Positions 18,196 through 28,361 of a DNA stretch of 64,000 bases are shown here, in pieces (within the stretch, counting starts at the first letter, position 1; every line of letters begins with the position of its first letter). This DNA comes from an uncultured delta proteobacterium. Lineage in GTDB: Bacteria > Desulfobacterota > Binatia > Binatales > Binataceae. The DNA is taken from assembly GCA_963724765.1 (NCBI GenBank), contig CAVRVY010000002.1, forward strand, positions 352,001 to 416,000, given 5' to 3'. The notes under the pieces are model-generated. The model saw only the letters and a program-made list of their open reading frames with translations, did no database searches and had not been told where the DNA came from. Both the position numbers and the translations under genes were made by a program.

Positions 18196-20945
18196 GCGAA
18201 GCGTCGGTTCCAGCCTCCGGCGAGACCGCAGTCATCACGCCGTCCGCAGTCTCGCGCGACGAGGATTCGCTCTACAGCGAGTTCCAAAGCGGCGGGCGGC
18301 CCGGCCAGGCGGCGCGCGCCTGGCTCGACGCCGTGCGCGACGAGCTCGCGCATCGCCATTTCTCCGGCGCTGGCGGGATGGAGATCGTTCGCGAGTACAC
18401 CGGATGTGTCGACCGGTTGGTGCGCGCGCTCTATCGTTACGCGGATCATCATCATTCGCGCCGCTTTTCACGCCTAAACCAGCGCCTCGCCGTTATCGCG
18501 CGCGGCGGCTACGGCCGCGGCGAGCTCAATCCGCAGTCCGACATCGACCTCTTATTCCTGCACGACTACAAACCCGGCCCCTACGCCGAAGTAGTGACCG
18601 AGATAATTCTGCACGCGCTGTGGGATGCGGGCCTTACGGTCGGCCAGGCGGTGCGCAACGTGCGCGAATGTGTGCGCGCGGTCAACGACGATCTGAAGGA
18701 GAAGACCGCGATCCTCGACATCCGTTTTCTCGCGGGTGAGGAGAAATTGTGGGCCGCGCTCGACAAGGCGCTGATCGACGAGGTCCTCAACCGCAACCAG
18801 CAAAAATTCTTCCAGGCCAAGCTTCAGGAAAGCCGCGACCGCCATCGCCACTACGGCGACTCGATCTACCTGCTCGAGCCGCAAATCAAGGAAGGCGAGG
18901 GCGGCCTGCGCGATCTGCATACGGCGCTGTGGCTGGCCAAGGTCAAGTACAAGGTGCACTCGCTGCCCGAACTGGTGCAAAGGGCGATCATCAGTGAACC
19001 CGAGCTCGAGGAGGTCGTGCGCGCAGAGGACTTTCTGTACCGTGTGCGCAATTCGTTGCACTTTCTGAGCCGCCGCCATAACGACCAGCTAACTTTCGAG
19101 TACCAAGAGCGGATCGCTCCGCTGCTGGGCTTTACCACCAACGCCGACGCCTCGGGTAGTCCGGCTTCCGCGCTGATGCGCTTCTACTATGCGCAGGCCG
19201 CCGCCATCCATCGCTTCTCCGAGGGCCTCATCGCGCGCGTCACCGAAGATCCCGCCGTCGGGCGTTTCATGCGGCGCACCGGCGGGCGCCAGATTCGTCC
19301 CGGAGTGCTGATCCAGGGCCGCCTGCTCGCCATCGCTGAGAAGGATTTCTTTACACGCGCGCCGATCAATCTCCTGACCATCTTTGCCGATTGCCAGGCG
19401 CACGGCGTGGAGCTTTCGGGCAGCGCCTACCAGCAGGTGCGCGACAGCCTGGGGTTGGTCGACGACGCTTTTCGATGCGACCCGCGGACCGGGATGGCGC
19501 TGATGGGAATCATGTCGGGGCGCCAGCGCGTAGCCGAGACGCTGGAGGCGATGCATCGCGCGGGCGTGCTGGGCGCGGCGATTCCCGAGTTCGGCAATCT
19601 CTACGCGCGCGTGCTGCACGACCTCTACCACATCTATACCGTGGACCGGCATTCGCTGGCCGCGGTGCGCGAGCTTGAGCGGCTGCGCGCGGGCGAGTTC
19701 AAAGACAGCAATCCGCTCCTGACCGAGGTCGCGCGCGAGGTCACCGCGCTGCCGTTCATTTTTCTCGCCCTGGTCCTGCACGATATCGGCAAGGGCCACG
19801 GCCACGACCATCACGAACGCGGCGCGCTGCTAACGGCCGAGGTCTCGCGCCGCTTGGGGCTGGACGGCGAGGAGACCGACCTGGTGGTGTTCCTGGTGCG
19901 CAACCATCTGCTGATGTCGCAGGTGGCGCAAAAGGGCGACGTCGACGACGTCCGCACGGTCGAGGAGTTCGCGCGCACGGCAGGCTCTATCGACCGGCTG
20001 AAGGCGCTTTACCTGATGACTTTCGCCGACATGCGCGCAGTGGCGCCCAACGTCTACAACAACTGGCGCGATATGCTGCTGAGCGACCTCTACATGCGCG
20101 CGCTCAAGATTTTGGAGCAGGGCGATCGCGAGGCGGTCGATCCGGCGCGCCGGCTCGCCCTGGTCAAAGCCGCCGTGCGCGAGCGCCTTGGCCCACTGGG
20201 CGCCGCGCCCGAGGAGCTTGCGGCCTTTCTCGACCTGATGCCCGATCGCTACTTCCTCACCGTCCCCGAGGACGACATTCCGACCCACTTCGAGCTGATG
20301 CGGGCGCTCGGCGAGGAGGCCTTGGTCTGCCGCCATCGCCATTTTCCCGAGCTCGAGTTCAGCGAGTTTATCGTGGCCACGCGCGATCAGCCGGGCCTGT
20401 TCTCGAAGATCGCCGGCGTGCTCACGGCTAACAATCTCAATATCCTCTCGGCGCGCATCACGACCCGCGCCGACGACATGGCGCTCGATGTCTTCCGCGT
20501 CTCGCACGGCGCCGGGGGGATGGCGATGGAAGAGGAGCGATGGCTGCGCGTCGAGCGCGATCTCGAAGCCGTGCTGGCCGGCCAGCGCGACCTCGAGGCG
20601 ATGGTGGCCGAGGCGCAGCGCGCGCGCGTGGCCGGGCGCAAGTTTGTCCGCCGCGTAGCGACGGAGATCACGATCGACAACCGCAGCTCCGAGCAATACA
20701 CCGTGGTCGACGTTTTCACCCAGGACCGGGTCGGACTGCTGTTCGCGATTACGCATACGCTGTTCAAGCTCGGGATGGTGATTCATCTCGCGCGCATCTC
20801 GACCAACGCCGATCAGGCGCTTGACGTTTTCTACATCAGCGACGCAAGCGGCGAAAAGGTCGTCGAGCTTGACGCGATGCGGCGGCTGCGCGCGGCGCTG
20901 GTCGAGCGGCTCGACGACGTCCCGGCTGCGAGCGGAGCCGCGTGA
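18192..20945 (+). CDS. glnD: [Protein-PII] uridylyltransferase / uridylyl-removing enzyme
   Basis: GGYGRGELNPQSDIDLL, KEGEGGLRD, YHIYTVDRH, LHDIGKG and two C-terminal ACT domains; GTG 18192 overlaps the amidase stop. Confidence 0.97.
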   Translation: MSEASVPASGETAVITPSAVSRDEDSLYSEFQSGGRPGQAARAWLDAVRDELAHRHFSGAGGMEIVREYTGCVDRLVRALYRYADHHHSRRFSRLNQRLAVIARGGYGRGELNPQSDIDLLFLHDYKPGPYAEVVTEIILHALWDAGLTVGQAVRNVRECVRAVNDDLKEKTAILDIRFLAGEEKLWAALDKALIDEVLNRNQQKFFQAKLQESRDRHRHYGDSIYLLEPQIKEGEGGLRDLHTALWLAKVKYKVHSLPELVQRAIISEPELEEVVRAEDFLYRVRNSLHFLSRRHNDQLTFEYQERIAPLLGFTTNADASGSPASALMRFYYAQAAAIHRFSEGLIARVTEDPAVGRFMRRTGGRQIRPGVLIQGRLLAIAEKDFFTRAPINLLTIFADCQAHGVELSGSAYQQVRDSLGLVDDAFRCDPRTGMALMGIMSGRQRVAETLEAMHRAGVLGAAIPEFGNLYARVLHDLYHIYTVDRHSLAAVRELERLRAGEFKDSNPLLTEVAREVTALPFIFLALVLHDIGKGHGHDHHERGALLTAEVSRRLGLDGEETDLVVFLVRNHLLMSQVAQKGDVDDVRTVEEFARTAGSIDRLKALYLMTFADMRAVAPNVYNNWRDMLLSDLYMRALKILEQGDREAVDPARRLALVKAAVRERLGPLGAAPEELAAFLDLMPDRYFLTVPEDDIPTHFELMRALGEEALVCRHRHFPELEFSEFIVATRDQPGLFSKIAGVLTANNLNILSARITTRADDMALDVFRVSHGAGGMAMEEERWLRVERDLEAVLAGQRDLEAMVAEAQRARVAGRKFVRRVATEITIDNRSSEQYTVVDVFTQDRVGLLFAITHTLFKLGMVIHLARISTNADQALDVFYISDASGEKVVELDAMRRLRAALVERLDDVPAASGAA

Positions 20946-21943
20946 AAGTCAGGCTTAGCCCCAAACCGGCGGCGCGCCCGGATGGATCGGATGGCCCGGC
21001 GCGGGCGGCGCAGGGCCGGGATCGGGACTGGGACCAGATCATCGAGCGCCATCTCGACCGCTTGCGGGTGGAACGCGGGTTGGGCAACAACTCGGTGCAG
21101 GCCTACGCGCGCGATCTCCGCGAGTTCCAGCAGCACTGTCGCAACCATGAAGTCGAGCCCTCGGCTCTGCAGGCACGTACTGTCAGCGGCTACCTGGAGG
21201 CGATGGCGCGGCGCGGGATGTCGGTGGCGAGCCAGCGGCGCCATCTGGCGAGCATCCGCGGCCTCGCGCGCGAAATGGTCGAACAAAAGATCATCGAGCG
21301 CGACCCGGCCGCAGCAATCAAGCTGCGGCCGCATCCCCGGGCGCTCCCGCGCACGCTTGGCCGGCGCGACCTCGAGATGCTGCTCGACGCGATCGACACC
21401 GCCACGCTTCGCGGCAAGCGCGACCGCGCGATGCTCGAGCTGGCGTACGGATGCGGCCTGCGGGTTTCGGAGCTGATCGGGCTCAGGGCTGGCCAGGTCA
21501 ATGTCGCGGAGCGAATCGTGATCGTGCTCGGCAAAGGCGGCAAGGAACGGATCGTGCCGATCGGATCGGCCGCGGTGCGCGCGCTCAAGAATTATCTCAC
21601 CGCGCGCGAGGCGGAGCCGCGAAAGAAAACGCGCGCGGCGCGGCCGTCGCCGGCGCTGTTCATCAGCCGGCTGGGGCGTGCGATGACGCGTCAGGGGTTT
21701 TTCAAGGCGCTCAAGGGATGGACCGTCGCGGAGCCGCGCCTTTCGTGGATCAGTCCGCACAGTCTACGCCACTGTTTTGCGACCCATCTGCTGGAAGGCG
21801 GCGCCGATCTGCGCGCGGTGCAGGAGATGCTCGGTCACAGCGACATCTCGACCACCCAGATTTACACCCATCTGTCCAAAAGCCATCTGCGCAAGGTCCA
21901 TCGCACGCACCATCCGCGCGCCGTGCGCGCCAGCATGTCCTGA
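20942..21943 (+). CDS. xerD: Tyrosine recombinase XerD
   Basis: GLRVSEL, GKGGKERIVP, TRQGF, SPHSLRHCFATHLLEGGADLRAVQEMLGH...TTQIYTH. Confidence 0.93.
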   Translation: MKVRLSPKPAARPDGSDGPARAAQGRDRDWDQIIERHLDRLRVERGLGNNSVQAYARDLREFQQHCRNHEVEPSALQARTVSGYLEAMARRGMSVASQRRHLASIRGLAREMVEQKIIERDPAAAIKLRPHPRALPRTLGRRDLEMLLDAIDTATLRGKRDRAMLELAYGCGLRVSELIGLRAGQVNVAERIVIVLGKGGKERIVPIGSAAVRALKNYLTAREAEPRKKTRAARPSPALFISRLGRAMTRQGFFKALKGWTVAEPRLSWISPHSLRHCFATHLLEGGADLRAVQEMLGHSDISTTQIYTHLSKSHLRKVHRTHHPRAVRASMS

Positions 21944-21968
21944 AGATGTCCTGAAGGCGAACCCGCAC

Positions 21969-22610
21969 TTGGCCAACCTCAGCGCATTTATCGTCACGCT
22001 TTCGATCTGGGCGGTGCCCACGGTGTTCGCGATCGTGCTGCACGAGGTGATGCACGGTTATGTCGCGAACCTGTTGGGCGACGACACTGCGGCGCGCGCG
22101 GGGCGGCTCACGCTCAATCCGCTAAGCCACGTCGATCCGATCGGCACCGTCATCATGCCCGCGCTGCTCCTGTTTTTACATCTGCCGGTCTTCGGCTACG
22201 CCAAGCCGGTGCCGGTCGATTTCCGGCGTCTAAGCCGCGCCGGGATGATCGCGGTGGCGGCGGCGGGTCCGCTGACCAACCTGGCGCTGGCGGTCGCGAG
22301 CGCCTTCGTCGCCCGGATGTTCGTGCCGTACGTCAACGCGCCGTGGGGCGAGACGGTCGCGCTGCCGATCGTCTACATGATGCAGGCCTCGGTCCTGATA
22401 AACGTGTTGCTCGCAGTTTTCAATTTGCTGCCGCTGCTGCCGCTCGACGGCGGCCGGGTGCTGGCGGGACTGCTGCCGCTGCCGGCGGCGCGCGCGTTCG
22501 CGCGTCTTGAACCGTACGGACTTCTGATATTATTCGCGTTGTTGTATACGAACGCGGTGGACGTGGTTATCAATCCGCTGATCAACGCGATCGCGCGGGT
22601 GCTGCTGTGA
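21969..22610 (+). CDS. Site-2 protease family (M50) membrane metalloprotease
   Basis: HEVMH, AGPLTN, FNLLPLLPLDGG motifs; probable TTG start at 21969. Confidence 0.92.
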   Translation: MANLSAFIVTLSIWAVPTVFAIVLHEVMHGYVANLLGDDTAARAGRLTLNPLSHVDPIGTVIMPALLLFLHLPVFGYAKPVPVDFRRLSRAGMIAVAAAGPLTNLALAVASAFVARMFVPYVNAPWGETVALPIVYMMQASVLINVLLAVFNLLPLLPLDGGRVLAGLLPLPAARAFARLEPYGLLILFALLYTNAVDVVINPLINAIARVLL

Positions 22611-23440
22611 GCGACGGTTCGCAGGACGCGGCGGAACGCGTCGAGGCGGCCGCGGGGCCGCGCTTTCGCCTCCCGATCTACGAGGGGCCGCTCGATCTGC
22701 TGCTCCATCTGATCAAACGCGCCGAACTCGACGCGCGCGACATTACCGCCAGCGTCATCACCGAGCAGTACCTCGCCTATCTCGAACTGCTCGACTCGCT
22801 CAACCTGGACGTGGCCGGCGAGTACCTGGTGATGGCGGCGACCTTGCTATTGATCAAATCGTTCTCGATGCTGCCGCATGCGGGGACCGAGGAGCTGGAG
22901 GAGGCCGAGGAACTCAAGCGCGACCTGGTCGCGCGCCTGCTGGAGTACCAGCGCTATCGCGAGGCCGCCGAGAAACTCGGCGCGCGCGCGCTTTTGGGCC
23001 GCGACGTCTTCGCCGCGCCGGGCGAGAAGCAGCCCGATGAGCCGCCGGAAGAGGAGGGCCAGGCGCCACGGCTCAACGTGTCGCTATTCGACTTGGTCGA
23101 GGCGATGGCGGAGGTGCTGAAGCGGCTGACCGACACCACGCCACGCCAGATCGCGCTGCGCGACATTCCGGTCGCCGAATGTATTCCGGGGATCATGGCG
23201 GCGCTCGAGCAAAGCGGCGGCACGGTGGAATTCGCGGCGCTGTTCGAGAACTTTCATGATCTGCGCCATCTGAACGATCGCTCGGTGTTGATCGCGACTT
23301 TCATGGCGTTGCTGGAGTTGATCCGGCAGGGCAGGGTGCGGGCGCGCCAGGAGCGGCGCTTCGGCCCGATCCTGCTCGAGCGGCGCGATCAGGCGCCTTC
23401 CGGCGAGACGCCGCCGCCGCCCGCGGGCGGGCAGCAGTGA
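22607..23440 (+). CDS. scpA: Segregation and condensation protein A
   Basis: YEGPLDLLLHLI, EYLVMAATLL.IKS, TFMALLEL motifs. Confidence 0.95.
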   Translation: MSDGSQDAAERVEAAAGPRFRLPIYEGPLDLLLHLIKRAELDARDITASVITEQYLAYLELLDSLNLDVAGEYLVMAATLLLIKSFSMLPHAGTEELEEAEELKRDLVARLLEYQRYREAAEKLGARALLGRDVFAAPGEKQPDEPPEEEGQAPRLNVSLFDLVEAMAEVLKRLTDTTPRQIALRDIPVAECIPGIMAALEQSGGTVEFAALFENFHDLRHLNDRSVLIATFMALLELIRQGRVRARQERRFGPILLERRDQAPSGETPPPPAGGQQ

Positions 23441-23500
23441 ACGAGCATCATCTGAAAAAAATCGCGGCGGCCCGCGCCTGAGCGGCCCGGCTGGAGTGGG

Positions 23501-24340
23501 ATGGAAGAGGAACGGCTCAAGGCGATTCTGGAAAGCCTGCTGTTTGCGGCGGGTGAGCCGGTGCCGCTCGCGCGGCTGACGGCGGTGCTCGACAACGTTG
23601 TTGCGCGCGAAGCGATCAAAAAAGCGCTGGGCGAAATGCTGCTGGGCTACGGCGGGCGCGGCGTGATGCTTGAAGAAGTCGCGGGCGGCTACCAGTTGCG
23701 CACGCCTAAGGAGCACGCGCTCTACGTGCGCAAGCTGCTCGCCGCCAAGCCGCCGCGGCTCAGCCGTCCGCTGCTGGAGACGCTCGCGATAATCGCCTAT
23801 CGCCAGCCGGTTACCCGGCCCGAAATCGAGCAGTTGCGCGGCGTCGATTCGGGCGGCGTACTTGAAACGTTGCTCGAACGCCGGCTGGTGAGAATCGCCG
23901 GGCGCAAGGAGGCGCCCGGGCGTCCGATCATGTACGCGACCTCGCCGGAGTTTCTCGAGGTCTTCGGACTGCGCGACCTCGACGGGTTGCCCGATCTCGA
24001 AGAGTTCAAGGAGCTGGAGGAGCGCGCCGCGCAGGAAGCGTCCGCCGCGCAGGAAGCATCCGACGTGTCCGCTGCGCAGGCGTCGTTCGAGACGGCCGCC
24101 GCAGCGCGGGAAGGCTCGGGCGGAGACACGCCGCCCGAGCCTTCCCGCGGCGGCGAAGAATCGGCGCCGCCGCGCGGCGCCGAAGCCGCGGATGAGGCGC
24201 CGCTGTCTGGCGACGCGCAGAGCGCGTCGCCAGACACCGCGCCGCCAGCCGTCGCGCCGACGGAGGAGCGGCCTGGGGAGGCGCAGTCGCGGAGCGACTG
24301 CGCCTCCCCAGGCCGCGCGCGCGATGACGAGCCGCAGTAG
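23501..24340 (+). CDS. scpB: Segregation and condensation protein B with a long acidic low-complexity tail
   Basis: LESLLF, VAGGYQLRT, LETLAIIAYRQPVTR, PGRPIMYAT motifs. Confidence 0.95.
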   Translation: MEEERLKAILESLLFAAGEPVPLARLTAVLDNVVAREAIKKALGEMLLGYGGRGVMLEEVAGGYQLRTPKEHALYVRKLLAAKPPRLSRPLLETLAIIAYRQPVTRPEIEQLRGVDSGGVLETLLERRLVRIAGRKEAPGRPIMYATSPEFLEVFGLRDLDGLPDLEEFKELEERAAQEASAAQEASDVSAAQASFETAAAAREGSGGDTPPEPSRGGEESAPPRGAEAADEAPLSGDAQSASPDTAPPAVAPTEERPGEAQSRSDCASPGRARDDEPQ

Positions 24341-24376
24341 ATGTCGTCGCGCGGCGAAGCACATCTAGCTCTCGCG

Positions 24377-27088
24377 CTAGATGTGCTTCGCCGTCGGGCG
24401 CAGGCGCATCCGCGCGTCGACCACTATCGCGCCCTTGCCCGGCGGCAGCACCTTGACCGGATTCAGATCCATCTCGGTCAACTCGGGAATCGCCTCGATC
24501 AGCGCCGAGACACGCTGCAACACGGCGACCAGCGCGCCGCGGTCGCCCGGTGCGGCGCCGCGATAGCCGTCGAGCAGCCGGCCCATCCGCAGTGATGCCA
24601 ACATCTCGCGTGCGTCGATATCGGTAACGGGACTCAGCCGGAACGCGACGTCGTGGATCAGCTCGACCATCACGCCGCCCAAGCCGCACACCAGCAGCGG
24701 GCCGAAAGTCGGGTCGCTGGTGACGCCGACCAGCGCCTCGATTCCGCCCTGCACTTCGCGCTGCAGCAGCAGGCCTTCCAGCACGGCGCCGGCCTTGCGC
24801 GCGCGGTCGGCCAGCGTGACCGCGGCCTCAGCCACGGCGAGCGGTGAGTGCAATCCCATGATCACCCCGCCGATATCGCTCTTGTGCGTGACGCCGGGTG
24901 CGATCACCTTCGCGACCAGCGGATAGCCGATACTATCGGCGACTTGCGGCGCGTCGGCGACCGAGGCGCGCTCGGCCTGCGCGACTTCGATTCCGGCGGC
25001 GCGCAGGAGGGTCGCGATGTCCTCGGGCGCAAGCGAAATCGATCCGCGAGCGTCCTTGAGCACACGATCGACGACCGCGCGCACGGCGCCCATCGCGAAT
25101 GAACTGAGCTCGAGCGCTGCGCCGCGCGGCCGCTCGCGCCATCGGGCATACCGATACGCCGCCGCCAGTACCATCGCGGCGTTTTCCGGAAACGCATATG
25201 ACGGAAGCTTGCCGCGTGCGCCGGCATCAAGCACGGCCGGCGGCCATTTTGAGGACAGGAACACGGTAAGCACGGGTTTGTGTGCCGGCACCTGCGATGC
25301 GCCGCGCGCGATGGCGTCGGCGACAAGGTTGCGCGGCGCCTCGGTGGCCGGGATATAAACCGCCACCACCGAATCGACGTTGGGGTCGGCGCCGACCGCG
25401 GCGATCGCGCGCTCGTACTCCGCGGCACCGGCGGTCGCGGTCAGGTCCACCGGATTGCCGAACGAAGCGCGCGCCGGCAGAAATGTGCGGAGCGTGTCTA
25501 CCGTGATGTCGGCAGGCTGCGGCAGGACCAGGCCCTGCGCTTCGCACGCGTCGGCGAGCAGGATTCCTGGGCCACCAGCGTTGGTAACCACTCCGACGCG
25601 CGGGCCGGCCGGGACCGGCTGCGTCGAGAGCATCGCGACCACGTCGAACAGCTCCATCAGCGTGTTGGTCCGGATCACGCCGGCCTGCTCGAAGAGCGCC
25701 TCGACCGCGACGTCGAGGTTGGCCAGCGCGGCGCTATGGCTGGAGGCGGCGCGCCGACCGGCTGCTGAGCGCCCCGACTTGACCGCGACGATCGGGCGGC
25801 GGCGCGCGACCTCGGGCGCCAGGCGCGCGAATTTGCGCGGATTGCCGACGCTCTCGAGATAGAGCACGACCACGCCGGTGCGCACGTCGTCGAGCCAGTA
25901 GGCGAGCAGGTCGTTGTTGGAGACGTCGGGGCGGTTGCCGGCCGAGACGAAGGTCGAAATTCCGAGCCCGCGGCTGTTCATGTAGTCGAGGATCGCGATA
26001 CCCAGCGCGCCGCTCTGCGAGTACATCCCGATATTGCCGGGCGGCGGCAAGATCGGCGCGAAGGTCCCGTCCAGCCGCACTGCCGGGTCGGTATTGAGCA
26101 CGCCCATGCAGTTCGGTCCCACCATCCGCATCCCCGACGCGCGCACCATCTCGAACAGCCGCTCCTCTTCCGCGCGTCCCGCGGCCGAGACCTCGGCAAA
26201 GCCCGACGTGATCACCACCACGCCATGCACGTGCGCGCGCATGCAGTCCTCGATCGCGCCGTGGACCAGTTGGGCGGGCACCGCGACCAGCGCGAGATCC
26301 ACCGGCGCGCCAATCGCCGCCACGTTCGGGTAGCATCGCAGTCCCATCACCTCGCTGGCGCCGGGGTTCACCGGGTACACCGGCCCATTGAATCCTGCGC
26401 GCTGCAGATTGGCGACCAGCGCGCCGCCGATCTTCGCGCGCGAGCGCGACGCGCCGATCACCGCGACCGAGCGCGGATGGAGCAGCCTGCGGATGCTCTC
26501 GCCGGCCGCGGTCCAGTTGCGCAGCTCGCTCGCCTGGCGCGAGGCCTCGGTCTCGCCGGTCGGAAAGCTCAAGTGGACCACGCCGGCGTCGGTCGAGCGC
26601 TTCACGCGGAAACCGCTCTTGGCGAAAACCTCGAGCATCCGGTTGTTGTCGCCCAGCACGTCGGCCTGGAACTCGGTGATTCCGGCCGCGCGCGCGACGC
26701 GCCCGAGATGGTCGAGCAGAACAGTGCCGATACCGCGTCCCTGATGCTCGTCGAGTACGGCGAAGGCGACTTCGGCGCGCGCCGGTCCGGTGGTGACATA
26801 GCGGCCGACACCGATAAAGCGCTCGTCGGCGCCGGTGCGCAGCGTCGCCACCAGGGCGACATGGCTCGCGAAGTCGATCTCGGTGAAGCGTACGAGGTCC
26901 TGCTCGGTCAGCGAATGCTTCAGTCCGAAGAAGCGGTGGTAAATCGAGTCCTGACTCATGTGGCGGAAGTGATCGGTCAGCCGATCCTTGTCGTCGGCGC
27001 GGATGGCGCGGATATGGATCGAGCCGCCGTCGCGCAGGACCTCGTGCGCGGAATAATTTTTTGCTTCCGGACTGGTATCGTCTGTCAC
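24377..27088 (-). CDS. N-terminal GNAT acetyltransferase fused to an ADP-forming acyl-CoA synthetase-like region (Pat/PatA-type)
   Basis: AEVAFAV...HQGRGIG (GNAT); VAVIGAS, GPNCMG, SQSGALG, SHSAAL, NAGGPG, NPVD, HKSDIGGV, DPTFGP, DLNPV. Confidence 0.92.
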   Translation of the reverse strand: MTDDTSPEAKNYSAHEVLRDGGSIHIRAIRADDKDRLTDHFRHMSQDSIYHRFFGLKHSLTEQDLVRFTEIDFASHVALVATLRTGADERFIGVGRYVTTGPARAEVAFAVLDEHQGRGIGTVLLDHLGRVARAAGITEFQADVLGDNNRMLEVFAKSGFRVKRSTDAGVVHLSFPTGETEASRQASELRNWTAAGESIRRLLHPRSVAVIGASRSRAKIGGALVANLQRAGFNGPVYPVNPGASEVMGLRCYPNVAAIGAPVDLALVAVPAQLVHGAIEDCMRAHVHGVVVITSGFAEVSAAGRAEEERLFEMVRASGMRMVGPNCMGVLNTDPAVRLDGTFAPILPPPGNIGMYSQSGALGIAILDYMNSRGLGISTFVSAGNRPDVSNNDLLAYWLDDVRTGVVVLYLESVGNPRKFARLAPEVARRRPIVAVKSGRSAAGRRAASSHSAALANLDVAVEALFEQAGVIRTNTLMELFDVVAMLSTQPVPAGPRVGVVTNAGGPGILLADACEAQGLVLPQPADITVDTLRTFLPARASFGNPVDLTATAGAAEYERAIAAVGADPNVDSVVAVYIPATEAPRNLVADAIARGASQVPAHKPVLTVFLSSKWPPAVLDAGARGKLPSYAFPENAAMVLAAAYRYARWRERPRGAALELSSFAMGAVRAVVDRVLKDARGSISLAPEDIATLLRAAGIEVAQAERASVADAPQVADSIGYPLVAKVIAPGVTHKSDIGGVIMGLHSPLAVAEAAVTLADRARKAGAVLEGLLLQREVQGGIEALVGVTSDPTFGPLLVCGLGGVMVELIHDVAFRLSPVTDIDAREMLASLRMGRLLDGYRGAAPGDRGALVAVLQRVSALIEAIPELTEMDLNPVKVLPPGKGAIVVDARMRLRPTAKHI

Positions 27089-27133
27089 GATGGTAACCGC
27101 ACTGTCGTTACGGAACTCTAGTTACCGGATTGA

Positions 27134-28339
27134 CTATTTCTGGCTGCGCGCGAGCGCGCTCCGCAATTTTTCCGGCAGCGCCGAGGCGCGCACGAATACC
27201 CATCCTTCCATCAAGCGGCGCGCCGTGCGGTAGACCGTCGCACTCTCGGCGAACCATTCATTATTTTCGCGCCTCACCATCGCGCCGACCACGGTTAGCC
27301 CCGAGGGCTGCGCGATTCGCACCGGGTCGCCGGGCGACGCAGCCGGCCGCGCGATGCGGTTTACCACCGTGCCCTCGATTCGCGACGCGACCGCCAGAGA
27401 CATCGCGCCCGTCAGCGGGACGGCGCGATGCGGCTGGCCGATCGAGATCATGCGCACCGTCACGTCGGCGTGCTCGGCGGCGAGCCTCTCGCCCGCGAGC
27501 GTCCGCGCCTCGCGCGCCGGCGCGACCATCGCGACCTTCGGAATACTGGGGATTCGCGCGGCGGCTTCGGCGGTTTTCGCGATACCCATCCTGAGGCTCG
27601 CGGCGATCCGGATCGCCTCGAGACGCCGCAGCAACGCGCCGTTGGCCTCCAGCTCATCAGGCATCTCGACTCCGCTTGCGCCGAGCGCATCGGCGGCGAC
27701 GAACACGCACGGATTCGCCGCATCCACCATCGAGGCCTCGATTCCGCGCATCCCGTTCGCGTCAAGCGTGTCTATCGGGTTGCCGGTCGGCAGCAGCCTG
27801 CCGGTACCCGCGCCGCCCGGCTCGAGGAAGTCCAGCCTCACTGGCGCACCGGTGCCGGCGACGCCGGGGAGACTGAAGTCGCCGTCCACGGCGGCGCGTC
27901 CGCCGTCGAGCGGGAAGTGCGCGACGATTAGCTTGCGCGTGTTGGTATTGTGGATCCGTACCGTCGCTTCGCCGGCCGCGTCCGCGGCGGAGGCAGTGAC
28001 AAGGCCCTCGTCGACCGCGAACGGACCGACGGCGGACGACATGTTGCCGCAGTTGCCGCTGTAGTCGACCGAGGCATCCTTAACCGAGACCTGTGCGAAG
28101 GTGTAATCGACGTCGGCGCCGGCGCGAGTCGGCGGCCCGATCACGCAAATTTTCGAGAGCGACGAAATCCCGCCGCCCATCCCGTCGAGCTGGCGTCCGT
28201 TGGGATCGGGGCTGCCGATCACGCCGAGAAAGATCGGCGCCCACAGCTCGCGCTCGGCGGGAAGATCGGCCGCACGCAACATCACGGCCTTGCTGGTTCC
28301 GCCGCGCATGAAGACCGCGCGCAATTTGAGCTGCTTCAT
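27134..28339 (-). CDS. PrpF/LigU/Mii-family isomerase (diaminopimelate-epimerase fold)
   Basis: MRGGTSKA, QLDGMGGGISSLSK, NCGNMSSAVGPFA, HRAVPLTG, RTARRLMEG. Confidence 0.93.
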   Translation of the reverse strand: MKQLKLRAVFMRGGTSKAVMLRAADLPAERELWAPIFLGVIGSPDPNGRQLDGMGGGISSLSKICVIGPPTRAGADVDYTFAQVSVKDASVDYSGNCGNMSSAVGPFAVDEGLVTASAADAAGEATVRIHNTNTRKLIVAHFPLDGGRAAVDGDFSLPGVAGTGAPVRLDFLEPGGAGTGRLLPTGNPIDTLDANGMRGIEASMVDAANPCVFVAADALGASGVEMPDELEANGALLRRLEAIRIAASLRMGIAKTAEAAARIPSIPKVAMVAPAREARTLAGERLAAEHADVTVRMISIGQPHRAVPLTGAMSLAVASRIEGTVVNRIARPAASPGDPVRIAQPSGLTVVGAMVRRENNEWFAESATVYRTARRLMEGWVFVRASALPEKLRSALARSQK

Positions 28340-28361
28340 CAGCGCGCTGTTCGACGTCCAG

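Noticed and set aside
20942-21943. xerD as the integrase of a mobile element
   Set aside because: It has housekeeping XerD motifs, host-like GC and a core glnD/scpAB context
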